Source: Schmidtea polychroa
Lineage: Eukaryota
Length of the DNA stretch: 64,000 nt
Direction: 5' to 3'
Assembly: GCA_044892525.1 (NCBI GenBank)
Contig: CM097885.1
Coordinates: 20,276,001 to 20,340,000 of the forward strand
The notes under the pieces are model-generated. The model was not told the origin of the DNA. It made no database searches and saw nothing but the letters and a program-made list of their open reading frames with translations. Shown one piece after another: positions 56,161-64,000 of the stretch (positions are counted from its first letter, which is position 1; each line of letters starts with the position of its first letter). Both the position numbers and the translations under genes were made by a program.

Positions 56161-59100
56161 ATTATTAATATTATTATTTTCGTTATGTCAATAATCTTCA
56201 TAAAAATATTCTTATTTATTACTTACTATTTATAAGTAGATTGATATTTATTGTATTTATATTTAGTAGTATAATTTGCTTCACAGTGCCAAATGTGACA
56301 AAAAATTTGTTAATGATAAGTACTAGAGAAATCTGTCTTTTTAAAATTGTAAGTAGCCAATTGTTAGTAGCAGTGTTAGATTAGCAGCGTCATTTACTTG
56401 TCGTAATTTACTTGACCCATTTAAACGACAATAAACAAACTCCCCTTTCATGACATTTCAAAGATCACTTTATCCTCCCGCTTGATTTCCGATTTTCACA
56501 CAATACCAAAAACTGAATAATTTAAAATTTTATACAGGTTGTTTTAATTTTCTGATTCTTCTTGCTGTCAGACTTTTGAACATTAATTTTCGTTTTCTTC
56601 TTTGATATTGTTCATTAACTATTTTTGTCATAATTAAAACAAACATAAAATAATTTCAATACATAAAGGGAAATAATTCATTCAGGATTAATGATTTAAA
56701 TGTCGATAACTTTGATTATATTTTTATTGAAATTAATAAAATTGAATAATTATCCAAATATTTAAAATCAATTTTTTGAATTTATTATAATATAATCTAT
56801 TAAATTGTCTATATCGATTTTTCTATAATTCTGATTCTTGCCCAGCTTTCAAACTTCAACCTTTGTTACTTTCCTTGCGATTTCTTTGTTGCTTTCGAAA
56901 ATATATTAGATTTTGAATAAAGATGCATCATTATTTCTTGCAAAAGTAACCACTAAATACCTTTATCATTCTCACCTTCCAAAATTGAATATTCAATTTT
57001 TAACTATAGTGGATTTCATCCTGACTCTTCACTTGTGTCTCAGTCCAATTTTCGCCGCTCCTACAAAAACCCATTCTCAAAGCCTCCATTATTATCTCAC
57101 AGAACAAGCCATTCGAAACAAGATTTAACAAATGACGTTTTCCCGGAAAGTGGCGACGAAAAGGAAGGAGTAAAACTTCGTCAGAAAAAATCGGCAACTT
57201 TACAAAATCGAAATTCTAAAACTGAAAACATGACCATGGATATTCGGAATGTTAATCAAATTTTAGAAGTTAATGTGAAAAATAAAGGTAAAAAAATGTC
57301 CTGGGAGAAACGTTTTGTTCGAGTAATTATACAGTTTCTATATTTGGAATTACTTATCCTAAATTTTATCAGCTCGAAGGTGAGTCTCTTTCTTTCTATG
57401 GGGAGGATATTCAAATCTGTCATTTTCAATTATCACTTTCAAGCTTGATCTTTGTAAGATCGGTTTCTAATGTCGACGTAATACATGCAAAACCATCGGA
57501 AATACCGCGGATATTTCAAATATGTTACGACAAAAACGATTCTCTTTATTTAAATGCTCAGATGAATCCAATCAACAAATCTACCACTTCCATAAATAGC
57601 GTGGAATCTTTAAAGAGCAGTAATTCAAGTAATGAGAATGATGCCAATGCTACCGTTAAGGAGAAAAAAGGTATATTTTCTTTATTGAAATATATTATTA
57701 TTATTACTATTAAAATAACATTAATTTATTCATATATTTTGGGTAATATCGAGTTTGTTTTCCTTGTTGCAAACATATATGCTCCTGTTTTAATATATTT
57801 AAGGTTTAGGTAGAAGATTGACATTATTATTCTCGAGTGAGTTCTTGTTTTCGCTATTGTTGAAATATTTTATATAATTGGTGGTCATGTGTTGAATTTT
57901 ATTGCTAATACACGAGCAAGGATTCCCTCTCTCGTCATTGGGTCACAGTTTACAGGTTATGTAATTCAGATGCAATATACATACAAATTTTGATTGGATG
58001 GATACATACAAATTCAATATACAAATTTTAATTTGATACACACATACATATTCAGTAGACATCATAATTTGATTGGATGCACAAATAAATATTCAATATG
58101 CATCATAATTTAATTGGATGCACAAATAAACATTCAATATACATCATAATTTGATTGGATACTCAAATAAATATTCAATATGCATCATAATTTGATTGGA
58201 TACACAAATAAATATTCAATATGCATCATAATTTGATTGGATACACAAATAAATATTCAATATGCATCATAATTTAATTGGATACACAAATAAATATTCA
58301 GTATACATCATAATTTGATTGGATACACACATAAGTATTCAATATACATAATAATTTGATTGGATGCACACATAAATATTCAATATACACCATAATTTGA
58401 TTGGATGTACAAATAAATATTCAATATACATCATAATTTGATTGGATGTACACATAAATATTCAATATACATCATAATTTGATTGGATACACATAAATAT
58501 TCAATATACATCATAATTTGATTGGATGCACAAATATATATTCCATATACATCATAATTTGATTGGATACACACATACATATTCAATATACATCATAATT
58601 TGATTGGATACACATAAATATTCCATATACATCATAATTTGATTGGATACACACAAATATTCCATATACATCATAATTTGATTGGATACACACATAAGTA
58701 TTCAATATACATAATAATTTGATTGAATGCACAAATAAATATTCAATATACATCATAATTTGATTGGATACACACATACATATTCAATATACATCATAAT
58801 TTGATTGGATACACACATAAATATTCCATATACATCATAATTCGATTGGATACACACATACATATTCAATATACATCATAATTTGATTGGATACACACAT
58901 ACATATTCAATATACATCATAATTTGATTGGATACACACATAAATATTCCATATACATCATAATTTGATTGGATACACAAATAAATATTCAATATACATC
59001 ATAATTTGATTGGATACACACATAAATATTCAATATACATCATAATTTGATTGGATACACACGTACATATTCAAAATACATCATAATTTGATTGGATACA

Positions 59101-61529
59101 CACATAAATATTCCATATACATCATAATTTGATTGGATACACACATACATATTCAATATACATCATAATTTGATTGGATACACACATAAATATTCAATAT
59201 ACATCATAATTTGATTGGATGCACAAATATATATTCCATATACATCATAATTTGATTGGATACACACATACATATTCAATATACATCATAATTTGATTGG
59301 ATACACATAAATATTCCATATACATCATAATTTGATTGGATACACACAAATATTCCATATACATCATAATTTGATTGGATACACACATAAGTATTCAATA
59401 TACATAATAATTTGATTGAATGCACAAATAAATATTCAATATACATCATAATTTGATTGGATACACACATACATATTCAATATACATCATAATTTGATTG
59501 GATACACACATAAATATTCAATATACATCATAATTTGATTGGATACACACATAAATATTCAATATACATCATAATTTGATTGGATACACACATACATATT
59601 CAATATACATCATAATTTGATTGGATACACACATAAATATTCAATATACACCATAATTTGTTTGGATACACATAAATATCTTAATTAATTTTTAATAATA
59701 ATAATGGTTAATAAAATTTAAATTCTCGAATTTATTCTCCATTAGTTGAAATTATCTATTATATAATCCAGGTCCGCTTATATTGGTAAGTAACCAATTG
59801 GTATGGGTTGGTAGAGGGGGAAATTGAGTTTATTAGTTTTTTGTTTATTGGTATGGAATTATAAAACCAACAATTTAATGCCCATGTCTGATTGTCGCTT
59901 CTAAACATTCCATCATAAATTATTCCCATGTGAAATGCAATACATAAATAGCAAGATAGCTAAGCGATAATATTAGATTGAAACACCGGCTTATTATGTC
60001 GTTATTTATTTATTTCTAATTTAAATGATTTAGATTAAAACCCTTTTAATGTTTTTGAGGTATTTTATATTCGTATAGCTATTTATTATATACAGACTCA
60101 AATTATAATTGTAATATTTATTTTTCTCACTGACTTCCTTATCTACTCTAGAAAATATGAGAAATGTAATTTAATATTCATGGATTATTTTGTTTCCAAG
60201 GAATTACAATAAATTTACATTTTTGATCTAATTTTTACCATTTAAACTAAAATCAATATAAATTATTAAATCAAATAAATATATAATTGAACCAGAATTA
60301 AAATTAAATCTATAAATTACGCCAATAACATTACATTATTACATTATATTAATTGATATAATATTAAATTAGTTTACAGGTAAAATCCAAATTAAATTTT
60401 ATGAATTTAATTTCCAATTTAAAACTAAAAATTTCCCAGCAAAATAATTACTAAAAATTTCTTTTAGTATAAATATTTGTAAATATACATGTTAAAAATA
60501 ATTATAATTCAATTGCAACTTTAGCAGTGCTTATTTGTTTCTTGTTTCACCTACGAGATGATTGAAATTACTGATACATTACCTACTAGTCCTTGTCAAT
60601 CTCCTGGAATTTAGCAATCTTCTTTCCGAAAATACATTTCTATCTTTCTTTTATTTCCTTTTTCTTAATTCTGATTGGTTATAAATATAATATATACTTT
60701 CTTTTTATGATTTTCTATTTTTTTATTTATTATTATTATTTTTTATTATTACATTATATTGATGTAATATTAAATTTGCAGGTAAAACCACAATTAAATT
60801 TTTTGAATTTAATCTCCAATTTACAACTAAAAATTTCTTTTAGTATAAATATTTATAAATATACATGTTAAATATAATTCAAATTGCAACTTTAGCAGTG
60901 CTTATTTGTTTCGTGCTTCATTTGTTTCTTGTTTCACCGACCAGATTTTATATTTTTGTTTCTTTGTCGAAATATTTTTTACGGATTTTTCAACAGGTTT
61001 AGATTTTCGGAAAAATAGTTTTGCTAGATTTCTACCGATTAAAAGTTTCAAAGCTAATAAATCCAAAGAAACTCCAGAATTGCCAAACAATTTATCAAAT
61101 AACTTTCCGTTGTTTATGAAAGGTCACATTTTTACAATGATAACCACTGAAACGAAATCGAGTTGTCAAATATGCAACAAACCCCTCAATAACACTAGTA
61201 GTCTCTTATCGTCAACCATGACCAATGCCCAGAAATCTTTGACGAACTCCTTCTCCACAGATTCCCAAACCCACATTGCATGTGCTTCGCAATATCCAGA
61301 TAAGGTCTATCAATGTCGACATTGTCTGCTGAAAATTCACGGCTATGATTTGGATACTCTCTTCAATTGCACCCAATCGGTTGCCATTCAATTGTGTCGA
61401 GCACCCTCAGAAGCGGCACAAGCGAATTGGGTCAAATATCTGAACCAATTCGTCAAACCCCAATCGAAAGCGATTTGTGATTCAGGAATGTCAACACCAA
61501 ATACGAAACCTCGATCTTCAAAATGCTAG
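39890..61529 (+). CDS. ROCK: Rho-associated coiled-coil protein kinase; exons approx. 39890-40065, 44500-44758, 46535-47051, 47103-47369, 47427-47591, 49582-49751, 52319-52540, 52589-52840, 54771-54893, 54951-55121, 55165-55338, 55391-55548, 57010-57322, 57373-57670, 60997-61529
   Basis: IGQGAFGQVQLVRHK, FWQEERDIM, HRDIKPDN, DFG, GTPDYISPEVLLSQ, DWWALGV kinase motifs; AGC tail; coiled-coil exons; VRSV..DVIHA...EIPRIFQI PH motif split by a C1 domain (KGH..CQICNKPL..CRHC..KIH); GT-AG phases consistent. Confidence 0.93.
40806..41661 (-). pseudogene. Merlin/IS1595 (ISXO2-like) DDE transposase remnant in a ROCK intron
   Basis: EEAVKFFQDRGLLP..C, IRNGNWF, DWSNYLRQ, IGGEGMIVEIDESLF, VNPETGAHTQTAERMW motifs with stops and frameshifts. 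Confidence 0.9.
43389..44054. mobile_element. Non-autonomous Tigger/pogo-type element (MITE-like)
   Basis: TIRs CAGTAGAACCTCGATTAT / ATAATCGAGGTTCTACTG flanked by TA on both sides. Confidence 0.9.
53943..54142. repeat. Long inverted repeat (~90-bp arms) in a ROCK intron
   Basis: AATTTATCAAAAAGAGAGTTTGAAGACTATAAATCAG... is the reverse complement of ...CTGATTTATAGTCTTCAAACTCTCTTTTTGATAAATT. Confidence 0.93.
55568..56180. repeat. (ATT)n-derived low-complexity tract
   Basis: Long degenerate ATT microsatellite. Confidence 0.95.
57975..59680. repeat. ~41-bp minisatellite (AATATACATCATAATTTGATTGGATACACACATAAATATTC)
   Basis: About 40 units; higher-order duplication shown by identical artefact ORFs 693 bp apart (58583 and 59276). 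Confidence 0.97.
60341..60938. repeat. ~200-bp diverged direct duplication (60341-60551 and 60751-60938)
   Basis: Both copies run ACATTATATT..CAGGTAAAA..CAACTTTAGCAGTGCTTATTTGTTTC..GTTTCACC. Confidence 0.85.
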
Positions 61530-61754
61530 CTCAAGAAATCCTTCTAAACTAACAATTAGATTTATTTCTGAATAGATTTATGTATTTTTGCTTTCATGTT
61601 TATATGGATTACAATCTCCTCTGTAATGTTTGTCTGTAGATATATATATTCCTCGAGATTTGTGAGAGTTCTTGATTGCTTGTAGATCCCCTGTATTATT
61701 GATGATATTCTTTTTATTGTGAAAATAAATCATTACTATTTGTTTTTTCGGTAA

Positions 61755-62655
61755 ATATTATTTTTATATTTGTTTTGATTGATTATATTTATATTATTAT
61801 ATTTTGTCTTGATTGATTATATTTATATTATTATATTTTGTTTTGATTGATTGTATTTATATTAATATACTTTGTTTTCATTAATTATATTTATATAATA
61901 TTTTGTTTTAATTGATTATATTTATAATAATATATTTTATTTTGATTGATTATATTTATTTTATTATATTTTGTTTTAATTAATTACATTTATATATTTT
62001 GTTTTAATTGATTACATTTATAATAATATATTTTGTTTTGATCGATTATATTTATATTATTTATATGAATATACTTTTTTTCATTAATTATATTTATATA
62101 ATATTTTGTTTTTAATTAATTATATATCTATTATATTTTTTTAATTGATTATATTTATATTAATATATTTTGTTTTGATTGATTGTATTTATATTAATAT
62201 ACTTTTTTCATTAATTATATTTTTCTTAATTGATTATATTTATATTAATATAATTTGTTTTGATTGATTATATATTATTATATTTGTTTTGATCGATTAT
62301 ATTTCCATTATTATATTTTGTTTTAATTAATTATATATCTTATATTTTGTTTTAATTGATTATATTTATATTAATATAATTTGTTTTGATTGATTATATA
62401 TTATTATATTTGTTTTGATCGATTATATTTCCATTATTATATTTTGTTTTAATTAATTATATTTCTATTGATTTTTTGTTTTAATTAATTATATTTCTAT
62501 TATTACATTATGTTTTGATTGATTGTATTTATATTAATATACTTTTTTTTGACTAATTATATTTATATAATATTTTTTGTTTTAATTTATTATATTTTGT
62601 TTTAATTAATTATATTTCTATTATTATATTTTGTTTTGATTGATTATATTTATAA
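61755..62655. repeat. AT-rich degenerate ~35-bp tandem repeat (TTTTGTTTTGATTGATTATATTTATATTA)
   Basis: Recurring unit downstream of the ROCK stop. Confidence 0.88.
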
Positions 62656-63747
62656 AATAAACAATAAAACTTTGTGATACCCAGTGCAAATCCCAATAGT
62701 AGACTACTTTCGAGATTTTGGCTCTCATCAGTAATATGCAGGCGACGGGAAAATTTCTCTTCGCGCCAGGTAAGTATACAATATTGTCGATTCAACTTTA
62801 TTGCATACTTTTCCTGGTACACTGGAAATCACATGACTTGGTAAATGGCTTCGTCACAGAAAATCTGTAAACTTGTAAACATGGCGTATGAAAAATCATA
62901 ATCACCTTATTGTTGGGCTTAACGCCACGATTGAAACAAGTTAAAACTGAATCGGATATAAGAAAAAGATCTAGGATTAAAATAAAATAAATAAATAGGT
63001 CCAACATCAACTGATTAAAATCAAAAGCCAACCAAGAGAAACCGAAATAAACAATAAAAAAAGAGAAAAAACAGAATAATAAAAAATGATTTAATGAAAT
63101 GAGATTTAAGAAAATAAAATTCGAAAACGCTAAAAAATGAACCAAACCAAACATAAAATAAATAAACTATCAACATAAAGCACAAAATGATTTAATAAAA
63201 ATGAATTATTACACCAAGTAAGAATAAGGAGAATCTACAAAAATCATACTAAAATAGGAAAATTAATGAAAATAATAAAATAACAATAGATAACGAAGCA
63301 ATTCAACGAAGCAATCAAAATTTAAATTAAGAAAAATATATAAATGAAAAAAACAACACAACTCGGCCCTGATTGGACCAAAAAACAATATATAAGGAGG
63401 ACATAAATATCATTTATTAACACTCTAAAAAATTCTATACGGGTAAAATTTCATATGCATAACTATTAACACTCTAAAAAATTTTATACAAATATAAACC
63501 CTAGGAAACTCCATACAGATATAGCCACTTACCGACTCATTCAAACAGGATACCTAGCATCACTACATTTAAACCAATTGTGAGAAAGAGAGATTGAGCA
63601 ACCGAACCGAACACGAGATCATCTATAACCGATTCAGTTTTAAGAATTTTATTTCAGGATTCAGGGTATGATCATTTGATTGTTTGTTGCAATACTTATC
63701 ATTTATGCAGTAAAAATAGATTTTTAAAGTTGTAAATAAATAAATTA

Positions 63748-63901
63748 TTAAATTGAGGATTTCACGAGTTCTCGCTTCTTCACGGGACTGGCGACGTTGC
63801 TGTCTGGGAGCTTCGAAAATGATGCCAAGGAATTGCAGATGTTATTGATAACAGTTGGGAAAAGACCACTAATGACTCGAAGGTAGTTATGTATCAAGAA
63901 C
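63748..63901 (-). CDS. Possible last exon of an unidentified minus-strand gene entering from the right edge
   Basis: TTTAG acceptor, then open frame FLIHNYLRVISGLFPTVINNICNSLASFSKLPDSNVASPVKKRELVKSSI*; GC-elevated; no recognisable motif. Confidence 0.35.
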
Positions 63902-64000
63902 CTAAAGTCGTGAAAATTATTTAACCTCCAATGACATTGAAATGAGGATCAGAGAATTTTGTGGAAGGATATGAGTTGTATCATGCGGGGAATGAGGAAA

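Noticed and set aside
62610..63154. Minus-strand ORFs and a GC-richer exon-like patch
   Set aside because: No recognisable motif or consistent splice model.

Overview
AT-rich animal nuclear DNA with ~40-bp introns and (ATT)n/(TA)n microsatellites; a planarian-like flatworm is my inference, not proven. Two host genes: the 5' exons of an AP-3 complex beta subunit (minus strand, 3527-2831, running off the left edge) and a complete multi-exon Rho-associated kinase (39890-61529). Between them lie two Polinton/Maverick-type insertions, each with AG...CT termini and a perfect 6-bp target-site duplication (TSD). Element 1 (11704-26892, TSD CATTTC, ~1.3-kb TIRs) has the full virus-like gene set: packaging ATPase, integrase, minor and major capsid, adenain protease, two core-like proteins and pPolB. 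Its pPolB and major capsid are broken. Its most unusual features are an intact, divergent TATA-binding-protein-like gene, seven predicted spliceosomal introns (four splicing an acidic leader onto pPolB), and a candidate myristoylated ORF overprinted on the integrase. Element 2 (28067-38192, TSD TACATT) has different TIRs and no Polinton genes, but shares a ~75-bp inverted inner motif with element 1 and carries a pogo transposase remnant. Also present: mariner, Merlin/ISXO2 and RTE-like remnants, hAT and Tigger-type MITEs, two ~200-bp hairpins and several minisatellites. All calls are by eye; no searches were run.
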